A stretch of 64,000 nt of DNA from Rhodosorus marinus CCMP1338 (lineage: Eukaryota > Plantae > Rhodophyta): positions 3,100,001-3,164,000 of the forward strand of contig JAMWBK010000003.1 in NCBI GenBank assembly GCA_029953675.1, read 5' to 3'. Of the stretch, positions 14,315-26,541 are shown in pieces. The position numbers were made by a program, and so were the translations under genes. Position 1 is the stretch's first letter, and each line of letters starts with the position of its first letter. The notes below the pieces were generated by a model. It was not told the origin of the DNA, made no database searches, and saw nothing but the letters and a program-made list of their open reading frames with translations.

Positions 14315-17300
14315 ATGCGCGAAACGCGATCGCGGAGACGGCGTGTAGAAGATGATCAGGCCGGGCAAGGGTCTCGAAGTCTTCGGTCGCGTGCGAGCAC
14401 TGGGGGAGATGAAGCGCATTCGTCCAGTGACTCCGATTTTAAAGCAGAGGTTGATTCCTCCTCTTCTGAGGCATCGGAGTTGTCCAGTGAAATTCTTGAT
14501 TCCTCGGAAGACATTTTTCGTATCCCCAACTTCGCGTCTGACGAGCTTCCTATTTCAGAGGAGGAGCAGGCCAAGCGACCTCGTCGCGCACGTAAGAAGA
14601 AGGATACCTACAAAGCATATGACTGGGAGACGGAGTATAGTCGTGAAGCTTACGAATCTAAGATTGCCGAGCATGTTGATGAAAATGGAGAGCTGGACAC
14701 CGACAAGTTGGTCAAGCGGAAGATCCCAGAGGTCATGAAGCAGCCAAAGCAGCTTACTTTGCCGTTGCTACCATTTCAGGAAGAGTCCCTTTGGTGGATG
14801 GCGAATCAGGAGGATACGCGGTACAAAGGAGGAATCCTCGCTGATGAAATGGGAATGGGGAAAACACTGCAGACTATTTCACTGATCTTAGCGCGTAGAA
14901 AGCGAGAGAAAGATCCTTCCTTGGTATGCGATTCTCCAAAAGATGGGCTTGATGATGTTAGAGTCGGAAGCTCCTCTTCTGATTCGTTCAAAACTTTCAT
15001 CCTCTTCTCGGCAGAGCAAAACTACTCTCGTCGTCTGTCCTCTTGTAGCGTTAAACCAATGGCAGTCGGAGATCAAGAAATTCACTGAGAAGGGCTCTCT
15101 TTCAGTTCTACTCTACCATGGGCCGAAGAGACCCGCGGATCCGGCAGTATTGGCGGAGTACGATGTTGTCTTGACCACGTATTCCATTGTCGAAGCAGAG
15201 TACCGAGCGAAGATGGGGTACCAGAAAACCGCCTGTCAGTATTGTGGAAATCGGTACTACACCGAAAAGTTGAAGGTCCACAATAAGTATTTCTGCGGTC
15301 CCGATGCAAAAATGACAGCCAGACAGGCTCTCACCGAGAGGAGAGCACCACTGAGGCGTTTCGGACGCTCTAATATTGATTCGGAGTCGAGTTCAGACGA
15401 TAGTGAACCTCAACCAAAGAAGCCACGAGTAGCCAGAGGCAAGACTCGCCAGAAATCCTCTACAAGGTCACGCAAAAAGTCAACAAACGGCAATCATTCG
15501 AGGGACAGCTCAGAATTTGATGACAGTGACGATGAAGTCTACAAGAAGCCTGGGCCAGCGGGAAATAAGAAGACTCCAAAATTGATGAACGCGGAAGGTA
15601 AAAAGGAAGCGGGGACAAAGGGAGCGAAAGATCGCCGGTCCGCCCTCGAGAAGGCAATGGAGCACCCGCATGCGGGAATGTCCAGGAGGGAATGGGCCAA
15701 CGCAATCGCCAAGGCAAGACAAGAGTTGGCCCCAGAGTATAAGAAGCTATCGGAAGAAAATAGTACAAGAAGCCCTCTCCATTCTACGATTTTCTTCCGG
15801 GTCGTCTTGGATGAGGCTCATTTCATCAAGGAAAAAAGTACCAGCACAGCAAAAGCTGTGTTCGCGTTGGAATCCAAACATCGATGGGCTCTGTCCGGTT
15901 CGTTTTCATGGAAAACCAATACACACAGCTTTTCGAAATCATAGCTGAGAGTTCTAAACACAAGTGGTATCTCCTACTAGGTACTCCGTTGCAGAACAGA
16001 GTTTCCGAGCTGTTCTCATTGGTTAAATTTCTCCGAATTTATCCATTCTCGTTTTACTTCAATGTGTCCGGAACTTGTTCATCCGTCAACTGGGACTTCG
16101 ACATCGATACCGGAAAGTGCCGAACGTGTAATCTGAGCAGGTCGGTGCATTACGCGTGGTGGAACAAGCTGATCATGAATCCAATTAAGCGTTTCGGATA
16201 CTCTGGGGGAGGAATTACGTCAATGATCCTTCTCAAGTACGGGGTTCTTGACGAGATCCTTCTAAGAAGGACAAAGCAGGATCGAGAGGCTGATTTGGTT
16301 TTGCCCCCAAAGTTTGTACATATGCGGAAGGACGTTTTCGACGAGCAGGAAGACGATTTTTACATGGCGTTGTACACTCAAAGCAAGGCCCAGTTCAATA
16401 CTTACGTTCAGGTACGCAGTGGGCACCGCCTTGCTCCCCTATTTGTGCAGTCGAATCCGATCGGAAGTCTTAGTGAGCTCATCGTTTTCTTCCTTTACCA
16501 ATGGACAGTCTGGGACCGTGCTGAACAACTACGCGCATATTTTCGACCTCCTAACACGATTACGACAAGCAGTGAACCATCCGTATTTAGTATCTTGCTC
16601 CCAGAAGGCTTATTTGGAGAGCACACAGACCCTCTGCGGTTTGTGCAAAGAAACCGCGGAGGATTGCATAGAAACTGGATGTGCACATCGATTTGACAGA
16701 ACCTGCCTGACTGACTACATATCTGGGTACGATGGGGATGATTCACCGAAGTGTCCGGTGTGCGAGTCGCTGCTGACGGTCGATTTAAACTCGCCCGCTA
16801 TTAAGCTGGATCGGCCCGCTTCAGAATCCAGGGCTCCCGGCATACTCAGTAAGCTCTCTGTTTCTGTCTGTAGGACGTTTCTCACAGTATTAACACGTTT
16901 CCTCTGACCTCACTATCTAGAACGCCTTGGGAACCTGGAGCAATTCCAAAGCAGCACGAAGGTTGAGGCCCTGCTGGAGGAGCTTCAGTGGATGCTCGAA
17001 CGGGACAGGTCTAGCAAGGCAATTATCTTTTCGCAATTTGTGAGCATGCTGGACATAATCGAGCACAGGCTCAAGCTTGCAGGTTTGAGTTGCGTCAAAC
17101 TGGTCGGCAGCCAGACATTTAACAAGCGAAATCAGCAGATAAACAGCTTCATGCACGATCCGGACGTGCCGATCTTCCTGATCAGTCTGAAGGCGGGAGG
17201 GCTCGCACTGAATCTTACGGTGGCTTCACACGTTTTCCTCATGGATGTAAGTCCTGATTGCATTATTCAGTTTCCTCGACTCTCCTGAGACCTAACGGGT

Positions 17301-17647
17301 GAACTTTGAATCGACTCGTTTAGCCCTGGTGGAATCCTGCTGCTGAGCAACAAGCTATGGATCGAATCCACAGAATTGGCCAATACAAGTACGTAACGTA
17401 GCTCTGAAAGCACCATGTTTAACTACTAGCGAGTACTTTGCCCTCCTTACTCACTGCAAGCAATTGAACCCCTTTCAACCCTTGCAGACCAATAAGAGCC
17501 ATACGACTCACCATAAGAGATACTATAGAAGACCGAATTCTGCGTCTGCAGGAGAAGAAGCGATTAGTGTTTGAGAGCACAGTCGGGAAAGACAAGGAAG
17601 CCCTGAACCGCCTTACTGAAGCCGATATGAAGTTCCTCTTCCAGTAG
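14315..17647 (+). CDS. RAD16: Rad16/Rad5-like SNF2 helicase with RING finger
   Basis: GGILADEMGMGKTLQTIS, TLVVCP, VVLTTY, RVVLDEAHFIK, GTPLQNRVSELFSL, RING (CGLC...CAH.FDRTC...CPVC), KAIIFSQF, FLISLKAGGLALNLTVASHVF, WWNPAAEQQAMDRIHRIGQ. Ends KFLFQ* at 17647. Introns are canonical, e.g. DPSL|SKTTLVVCP. A CQYC...H...C insert lies in the first ATPase lobe. Confidence 0.93.
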
Positions 17648-17859
17648 TAGAGTGCCGGGCGCGAGACGAGTTCACACTGCCGTTCCATACCATGTACCAC
17701 GAGCAGCCAGCCGTACTGTCTCAGGGTTCATAATGTTCACTACTAAATTAAGTCCATCAGATAGGAGAACCAGAAGTAGCCCGCTTGAGTTGTTGAATGA
17801 TTTAAAACATATTACCGCTACATATAGAAAACAGAAGGTATCCCATTGTACCCCTCCGG

Positions 17860-19977
17860 TCATGACCTGAACCTTGCGAAAGGCTCCCCTGGCATCCACT
17901 TCGGAGAAAAGCCTCGCACCAGCAGGTCGAAAAGTACTCGTGCTCCGACTTTAAACTCCTGCTCTGCTCCTGAGTACGGATCCCCTTGCTCGTGCAGGTA
18001 CTCATAGGTGTCCACAGGCTGGAAAGAGTGCATGCATTTTTTACGAGTTGAAGGGTTCACAGTCAGTTTTAGATAGAGTGAAGCCGAAGATGTATGCCCA
18101 GGAGGGCACAGCAAGGATTGCTTCAGACGATTCTGTCCAGTATCGAGCTCTTGTTATGCTCCGTTATAGTGCTCTTTTGCAAGGCTCCGGCTTACCTGGT
18201 GGTAAACATTTCTGTTGTAGTCCCAGACCGTGGCATTAAGATACTCATCAATATCCTAGGAATGGATTGCGCTCGTGCGTAAGAAGCTAGGGGTTGACTC
18301 CGAAGCGAACGTATTGCTGACTTACCTGTTCATGGTTTGTGAAACTGAAACCGTGCGTTATTTTCATGGCAGGTACCCCCTTTCTGGCAAATGGGAGCTG
18401 GTCACTTCGGAAGAACAGGCCTTGTTCGGGAGCAGGATCCGGAGCAACTCTCTGGCCCTCTTCGCGGGCGGCGCGGGCGAGAATGTCACCCAGAGTACTT
18501 CTTTCGGATCCAATTCCTACAGAATCCGTGGTAGGGCCCCAAACGTTCATCCCGTCCATGTTCAAAACCGCCGCACACTGGGCTAGGGGAAGCAGGGGAT
18601 GATCTGCATAGTAGGATGAACCCAAAAGTACTGCTTCCTCGGCAGTGGGCGTGATGACAACCAGCTGCGGCGATTATACACAAGAGACACAGGCTTCCGG
18701 TCAGCGGCAAGCAGCTTGCTTAGAGCGTCTTTTTGCGCAGCAAACCTTTCTCTTGCAACACCGCGCTTGGCTCTTCATCGCCGCAAAGTACGTGGCAAGC
18801 TCCAACAGTTTGCCCACGCCAGAAGCGTTATCCAATGCCCCTGGATAAATAACTTTTTCGCCGTTTCTTTCGATCGCCCCCAAGTGGTCATGGTGTGACG
18901 TCAGGATCACATGCTCGTTGTTTCCGGCAGACCCGTCAAGCTGACCGATGACATTCAAACCGTATAATTCACGTCTTGTAATCTGGATTTCATACGCGTT
19001 GGGAATGGAGTTTTCCTGAGTCAGATGGTAACCAAGACACCATCCTCCTGGACATAAAACTTACGTCCAGTCTGACATGCAATATCATATCTGTCTCTTG
19101 CATACAGAGGCCACCTCTGTTCGCCTCCTCGAATGCTCTATCGATTGAAATTTTGAGGATTCTTTCAGCGATATGCTGGGCTACCCAAGCTCTGATTTTC
19201 AGCCCTTCTTCTCCGTCCTTGGACATCAGCCTGATGTTCTCTCCTCCATCCGGTGATTGTAGAACGTTCCATCCATAACCGGCGCTTTCAGTTGTGTGAA
19301 CAAGTAGGACTCCAGCTGCGCCTCTTCTTCTAAGCTCCTCAACCTTATAAACCCACCTGGTGCGTGTTACGAACATTCAACCACTCTCAGGTTGGCCCGT
19401 GTCCACTAAGCTTCGTTGAATCCTCTTACCTGCCATAGTATGTCAACGGTCCTTCGAAAGGGTCATTTACAAGACACAGGATGACTCGACCGCGGACGTC
19501 AGTGGAGCAAAAACTGTCGTAGTCTTCCGGATTCCCGTCTGTTTTAATACAATATCCACCGTACAGAATTCTTTCGTCTTTCAGCTCAACTATGTTAACG
19601 TTTTCAGCTTCGCTTGTTATGACGAAGTCTTGTCCCCGGCGCAGGTTGTCGGAACCGATCGACAGATTCACGGCAGGGAGAGTGACACCTTGGAGTGGGA
19701 CAGTTTGAACTGTAGTTTTGAACCCAATAGTGTCTAGGACTCCTCGGATGTACTGCACTGCAGAAATTTCGCCCTCTGTTCCCACAGCTCGGCCTTCAAG
19801 ACTGAGAGAAGACAGATACTTAATGTGACTGTCCAGCCTAGCAGTGTTTAGAACAACCCCCGGAAACCGATCCTCGGACATGAGGAATCCTAGTCCACCA
19901 AATAAGGCGACCACTGTAAAAAGCGCAACGGTCAGCCAAACAATCCGAATTCGAGGCCGACGACGATAAACTGCCAT
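17860..19977 (-). CDS. M28 zinc metallopeptidase with PA domain and N-terminal membrane anchor, bacterial-type
   Basis: Spliced motifs: SLEGRAVGTEG, LVNDP, TYYGR|WVYKVEE, NVIGQL, TSHHDHLG, GALDNASG, TAEE, LNMDG, FFRSDQLPFARKGVPA, LHEQGD, PKWMPGEPF. N-terminus MAVYRRRPR is followed by a hydrophobic helix. Confidence 0.9.
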
Positions 19978-20937
19978 GCTGTGTGTCAAAAAAAAACTCG
20001 AACTCCTGTCCGCCAACTGCGCAGCCACTACGTCCAGATCATCCTCAAACCAAGGATCCCATGAACCGCCTCATACGCTCTCATACCCCTAGCTTAGCAA
20101 CATCAACACACCCCATTGAGTCAGACAACCTGTCAGCTATATACGGACTCACGTACAACGACCTTATACAAGTTCTTACATAGTGATCAAAATCTTCATA
20201 CCATCATTCTAAAAGATGGCAGTATTCGTCTACAAGCACCGAGCCCCCCTCCATCCAGAGCGATCGATCAATCGTAAAAGCGATCAACAGGAACCACCTT
20301 CAAAAAGACTGACATATCTTATAAAGATTGAAAAGCAATCAAAAACCTCTTTTTCGGAACGTAGCCCGATTTTACGAGAAATTCACAGTATCTATTATAT
20401 TAAATAATTTACGAGGTGATTCTGAAGCATTTTTTACCTTAATTATGAAGATCTATAATCTATTAATGACTATATATAGCTCAATGCAGGTAATTATTTA
20501 CGAATAGTGAGATTCTATCCGTAGATATAGATAAAATAGAGTGCAATGGAAGATGGCCTAGAAGTCCTTATTATAGTCCTTATACTGTCCTTTACTATGG
20601 AGTTTGTTTGTAAAGAAGAGAAATTATCGGTTGATTGTCGTAAATATTAGAACAGATATGGTCTTAAATAGGGACTATCCGTTGACATGAGAATTTGCTT
20701 GTTGGGATTGGAAAAGGGGCAACGCTGGCTCTGCTCTGCCTTCGACTCTCTGTGGAGATTTTGAGTCATTGCTCTTCCAGTTCGTTGGAAGTGTGGGGTC
20801 TCCTCGCTGTTTTTGAAACAGATCAGTCGTTTGTAGTATTGAACAGAGCGAGAAGTTTGTGCATAGGGTTTTGGTGTTCACGTTGGAAGGCTTGTTAGAG
20901 GGAAGTGGTGTGTGTTTAATGTTTTTATATTTATAGA

Positions 20938-21776
20938 ATGGTGGTTGGGTTTGTGGGTGCGGTTGGGTTGAGAACGGAGGGGTTGAGGAGGAGGAGAGGT
21001 ATGCAATTATGCGCTGTCGCGAGTGACCATGAGGGTCTGCTGCTTTCTATGGTTGCTGGAACTGATCGGGGGAGAATTTTGGATGAGAAGCAGCGCTCGT
21101 CAGTCGAGAATGTTATTAGCTTGATGGAAAGAGAGAATGAGATGGAGATGGCGTTTCCACAGAACTTGTCGATGCTTGATGGAAGATGGAGGTGTGATTA
21201 TTCTCACCAAACAGAATTCCCATTGGCTTTGCGCGAGCTCACCCCATTGGAGACGATCTCGCCTCATTTGCACTTTTTTTCAGGTTGATCTACACGACAC
21301 GATCAACGCCATCTGCGACTGTTTTTGGAGCTGTGAGGGGAGTCTACCAAGTGTTTGACACGTCGAATAGAACTGTGGAGAACAGAATCGAGTTCAGCTT
21401 GCTTCCAAACATGCCTCGGAGTCCTGCCAGGACCTCTGTTGCTATTACATCCAAGTTCGAGACGATCGACAACAGTCGACTGCGATTGAAAATAAGCAAC
21501 CTCTCAATTCAGCTTGGCAACCTGGTAAGCATTTCTTTCTCTCAGTGCCTCGGTGGATCACGTCGCAACGAAACCCTCGAGCTGAAACCTTAGACTGCTT
21601 TCGCATTCACGCTGAAGGAACCGAGAATGCTTGTATCTATCCCGCCGGAGCTTGCCCCCTTTAAATACCTTACAGATGGCTCCGATGACGTCGACATTAC
21701 GTATGTGGCTGATACCGGTGTTCGTGTCCTTCGGTCTATGAGGGGCGAGCTTCGAGTGTTCGTGAAAGATTTCTGA
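20938..21776 (+). CDS. Plastid lipid-associated protein (PAP/fibrillin family)
   Basis: Transit-peptide-like MVVGFVG..., GTDRG, LDGRWR|LIYTT, VYQVFD, VENRIEF, DITYV...RVLRSMRGELRVF. Stop at 21774-21776. Confidence 0.85.
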
Positions 21777-22291
21777 AAACGAAGAGAGACAGGATTGAGA
21801 ACAGATCTTAGTAGCAGCCTCCGATTACGTTTCATCACATACTTTCTCCTCGTGTGTATGGTGTGTGCTGTACGGCGTACGGTTGCATGGGTATAGATAT
21901 TCGCGGTGGGTTTTTTTAATGTCCTTTTTCTACTCCTCAACGGAGGTCTGTAGAGCAGTTAGATAATCGTAAGCAGGTGTATAACAACATTGTATAATAG
22001 TCAACTCTAGTCTGGACACGCTAATTCGCTTGATCATTACTATCTCACATGGTATGAGGCAAATCACACTGCGTTCCTTGAGATAATAGTTAGCCCCCGA
22101 TTGCCCATCTTACATACCACAACCCTCTTCCTTCCGCGGCAGCCCCACTTAAAACGCTGTCAACTTCCCACATCGCACATCTTACATACCACAGCCCTCG
22201 GCCTTCTAGCTAAAGCCCCATTGAAACTTCGTCAACTTCCCACATTTCCATCTTACAAAGCTCCCTGTACAAGTGACTCCATTTCGTATTT

Positions 22292-24140
22292 CTAAGGTTT
22301 TACCGAGAGCAGCCAATAGAGTGGGTACTGCAGCAAGGCGATGAACAGTAGAAAGTAGTTTCTTGTTGCGGTATCAGCGCTCGTCAAGCCCACACTCCCT
22401 TGGTCTGAAGGCAACAGAATTCTCCTGTACGTTCTGATAAGGAACAGCCCCATCATCGAAGCACTGTACAGCAGAAGCGGAAAGTACATGAACCTGGCTA
22501 TGCATCCGATCAGGAGAGACACAACAAGCCTACAAAGCCAAAGGAGCCGGGAGCAAAGAGTCAGCGAAGGGAGGCGTCTTAACGAAACTCAGACCCTGTT
22601 GTCAACAATGCCATCCTACCCAACAAACTTGTACCCTCGAAATGCGATGAAGTCAAGCCAAGGAGCACTCTTGGCATTGACCAGGTAGAATCCCAAGCGG
22701 ATCAAAAGCACTTCAAAGGTAACCACCCCAATGGCCACTGAGGCAGTGCTCGCCATTTTCTGGTCCCAGCAAGGGAGAAAGAGTATGCGGTTCAGCTGAG
22801 GCGCTCAACACAACTAACGCACAATCTCACCCGCGCATTCCGGAGTTATTACCTCTGGAGTGAAAACACCTTTAGTGCCAGAGATGAAGCCCACGAGTAG
22901 CACATACGTAACCAACGCCATGACCGGGATGTAGAGATCAGGTGCATTCACATCATCCCTCGGAATCGAACGTGAATATTGTTCGTCTGTGGTTGGCTGA
23001 TTGTAGTTGCTCGAATCGATTGTTTTCCTCTGCCACGTCTAAAAGAAACAACCGAAGACGTTTAGGGTGTTTTGTTTAGAGACGAGAACGAATGGACGGA
23101 GCAGATTCAACCCTTCGTCCGAATGAACGTGACTTGCCTTGTTCATGAACGGACAAAGAATGAGGAAAAGTTTCTTCAAGACGTAACGATTGTCTACGGC
23201 AAAATACGGTTTGGGCACTCTGAAAAACCCTTTCACCTGAGAAACAGGATAGGCGGGAGGAGCGAAAGGGAGTTAGAACAGGCTTTGAGACACGTTGCGC
23301 TTTTGATATTGAGTTCTTCAGCGTACCTGTTCTTGATTGTTGTTCATCAACTGCTTCCCATACTGCGGAATAAACTGCGATGATACTGTTGCGAACATCT
23401 GCTGGGCGAAATTGTTGTCATTCGGTTGAAACCCCAGGATGTTCGGAATGCCGGGCTGCGCCTGGCCTCCTGGCTGAAAGTTCGGCTGTGGAGGTTGTTG
23501 CTGCTGTTGTTGCTGCTGTTGTTGCTGTTGCATGGGCACTGGCTGAAATCCAGGATTCTGCTGTTGTGGTGCGGAATTGTCCATCATCCCCTGCTGATTG
23601 GGCTGCGAAAAGCTTGGTCCTGGCACAAAATTATTCTGCATCGGCACAGAGTAGTTCATCGGTGCAGCCTGGTTCGGTTGCATTCCCGGCTGCATCATCG
23701 GATTTGCCGGTGCAGAGTTCTGAGGGGCATTGTAAAAACCTCCACCAGCTTGTCCTGAGCTCACATAAGGGTCTACTGGCATTCCGTGACTTGGAGGCCG
23801 TTGCGATCTCGAATAAGGATCTGCTCCCATTCCTTGACTCGGAGGCCGTTGTGAGCTCGCGTAAGGATCTTTTCCCATACCTTGACTTGGAGGTCGCTGA
23901 TTTCCAGGCATAAACGGACCTGGTTGATTCATATTATTCGGTGGTTGCCCGCCTAGTATTTTACAGGGTGAAAAATCCGAACGTCAGGACCAAGACAACC
24001 CAACCTAGACTCAACCCCTTGCAACAACCAAGGAGAGCCTTGAGACTCGCTTTCCAGAAGCGAATCGAAACTCGAAACTTACCGTAAGGATTTCGATTCG
24101 CATTTGAATCTCCCGAGTTGTAAAACTGCTGATTTGACAT
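22292..24140 (-). CDS. YIF1: YIF1/Hrf1 ER-Golgi trafficking membrane protein with long P/Q-rich N-terminus
   Basis: [47 protein letters not shown] and C-terminal TMs ending QYPLYWLL. Exon 1 (ATG 24140, MSNQQFY...NPY) splices in phase 1 to [12 protein letters not shown]. Confidence 0.9.
23495..23530 (-). repeat. CAA/CAG poly-glutamine tract (about 12 Q) in the YIF1 N-terminus
   Basis: The ttg/ctg triplet run on the + strand reads MQQQ...PP on the - strand. Confidence 0.9.
23757..23900 (-). repeat. Three coding 48-bp tandem repeats, QRPPS(Q/H)GM(G/P)xDPYxxS, in YIF1
   Basis: Visible in ORF 23318-23932: [16 protein letters not shown] / [16 protein letters not shown] / [16 protein letters not shown]. 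Confidence 0.85.
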
Positions 24141-25327
24141 TGCCGCCAAATTTCAACACTAAAACCAGAAGCACTTATATTTCCGATCAAAAAATACCTA
24201 TCAAACTACAGAAAACCAGGACTCAACACACCCTAAAGTCACCCCGAAACCTTCTCCTCAAAAAACCATCCAACGCACTACTCAACCAAACTCTTCGCGA
24301 AACCTTCTCTTCGTCGAAAACCCGGAAAGAAATACCTGAGGCTTACTTTCGTTCCCAGTTCTCCTCCAAACCGAACCAAAAAGAAACAGAACAGTATCTT
24401 TACCCTCTTACTCAACCGCCCCAACCCAGCTTGCAACTTCCGATTGTCATGATAAAACAGTCCAAACAGCACTCTCATTGTTCTTCTCTGAAAAACAAAT
24501 TTTCGGCCCTTTTTTGAGCCAACTCTATCGATATCTAGTACACTGACACTATTACAACGTGAATAGAGAGCAACGAATGAAACTTCGCATTCGGAATATT
24601 TTAATGAATATACTTTGAGTTCTCCTCGTTATTTTTCGATGATATTTCTTCTGTCTTATAATATGTTGGATGATTCGAGTTTGGTGGATTTTTTTGGATG
24701 CAGCGATAATCTTATTCTTTAAGTTTTTATCGCTAAGAGTTTCGCACCAATCTTTTCTTTCTTTCGCGTTCGAGAATCGTAAATTTGGTGGCTTTTTCTT
24801 ATAAGAAGACCTTAGTCCTACATTAAGGTTGATAATTCTAAACAAAGGCCAGATGGCCATGCTTGGAATTTTGTTTCAAGCACGTTCGGTACGGATCGGA
24901 TTTTTCCTTTTTCGCGGACCTCGTGTGTGAAAAGCTGTGTCCGTCCCTGATGACTTGGTTGATCCTTCCACAAAAAGAAAGCTTTGGCTTTTGCATACCG
25001 GTCCTGTGGGCGTATGAACTTCGGTTGATAACTTTCGGGAACGCGATTCAGCCGTGAAACAGGCGTGAAAAAGGAGGCAATAGTGTTCGGCTCATGGAAC
25101 GACACTTTTCCTTCAATACCGGGGTTCACATCTCACAGCGTTTCACAGGACTCGAGTTGCGAACTTTGGACCCAATCATTGACAGAGTCATGAACTCGCT
25201 CGGTTCTGATCAGCACTTAAAAATCAGGCGTCGTCCAGAGCTCCTTTCAAAAAAAAGCGCTCCCACCAGAAAGAATTCTTCAGTTCGTTTCGTTAAGCCC
25301 AGGTCAATACTTTCAAATTCGTTGTCT

Positions 25328-26254
25328 TTACAGAATGCCGCAATTAGATATAAGTATACTCTTCTGCGGTTTGTTGGTTGGCGGAGTTGCTTTAACCCCT
25401 TCGATTCTCTTCACAACCTCCATTCCAGCGATGACCCTTCCAAGCGCCACGAACTTTCCGTCCAGATAGCCAGAGTCCTCGCGAGTTCTGATACATAGAA
25501 GACCAATTTCAGCTTCATTGTACACGAAAATGGATAAGGGCTTCACAACTCACGTAATAAAAAACCTCGAGTCCACATCTCCGTCCTTAGTTCTTGCCAT
25601 ACTTAGCGTGCCCTCTACATCGTGTCTACAGTTGTTATGACGGAGGTTCAGGTTCACAATATGTGAGACAAGGACAGGTTGACAGGAAGCGAACTTACTT
25701 GACTTTGTAGTTCTCAGCCGGGAACGAGCTTCCGTAAATCGACTTTCCACTCTTCCCATGACTTCCGGTGACGTCCCCACCTTGCACAGTCAACCCGGAA
25801 ACTACTCTGTAGAACTCGGTACCCCTGTTCACAGTGCAAGTTTTGAGGTCAGATTCAAGACGTACACGGGCTGTACTAATTCGGGTGAAACGACGGTGTT
25901 GGCATACTTGTATCCAAGTCCTTGACTCCCTTCACAAAGTACGGCAAAATTCTTCACAGTCTTTGGCACGGCATCTACGACGTCACCAAGAGTCAGCCAA
26001 CCTCAGAGAGCTGAACAAATCGTCGACTACTGAGTGGCTTTAAGCCTGAATACATGCTTACTTCCATAGAGTCCTAAAACTATTCTTCCAGCGTCCACCC
26101 CGTCTACCGTAATGTCCCTGAAGAATAAAACCTCGCAGTAATCAGACGACTGGGGTACGTTCGAATGCTTGTCGGCGGAAACTCACATGAAGCACTTCTC
26201 CGTTATTTCCCGAGGGTTTTTTTGCTCAACGGGTGAACTCTCATCTGCACGTGC
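25328..26254 (-). CDS. Cyclophilin-type PPIase domain, divergent active site, probably thylakoid-lumen type; 5' end unresolved with an apparent frameshift at 26218-26223
   Basis: Hand-spliced: PREITEKCFMDITVDGVDAGRIVLGLYGNAVPKTVKNF...GYKGTEFYRVVSGLTVQGGDVTG...GKSIYG...MARTKDGDVDSRFFIT...YLDGKFVALGRVIAGMEVV...ISNCGIL*. Confidence 0.88.
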
Positions 26255-26541
26255 CTGAGGGATGAAAAGCAGAGAGAATTCAGGCTCCATGTTTCCTCAT
26301 TTCTCCTTTTCGCGTTGCTTCATGCGGCGGTCCATCGTTTCCTTTCGGAGCTGTTGGAGCCGGGCAGAATCCTGCGGATTATGATTCAGGCAGTGGAGCA
26401 AAAGCGTATTAGAAATATTCAAGCCGTTCAGCTTTGGAATACTTCCGCCACTAAGTACACTGGACGGTGACCCCGGGAGAGTTGTCGAGGAGAATCTGTC
26501 TATTGAACGGGCGAGCTGTCCGCAGTTTGCAAGCTCCTTAC

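Noticed and set aside
15220-15320. CQYC...H...C zinc-finger insert in the Rad16 ATPase as a novelty
   Set aside because: I recall a similar insert in plant Rad16 homologs, so it is probably not new.
17672-17899. ORF ending GTWYGTAV as the M28 C-terminus
   Set aside because: The overlapping ORF 17860-18114 carries the last His motif and the PKWMPGEPF ending, so the gene stops at 17860.
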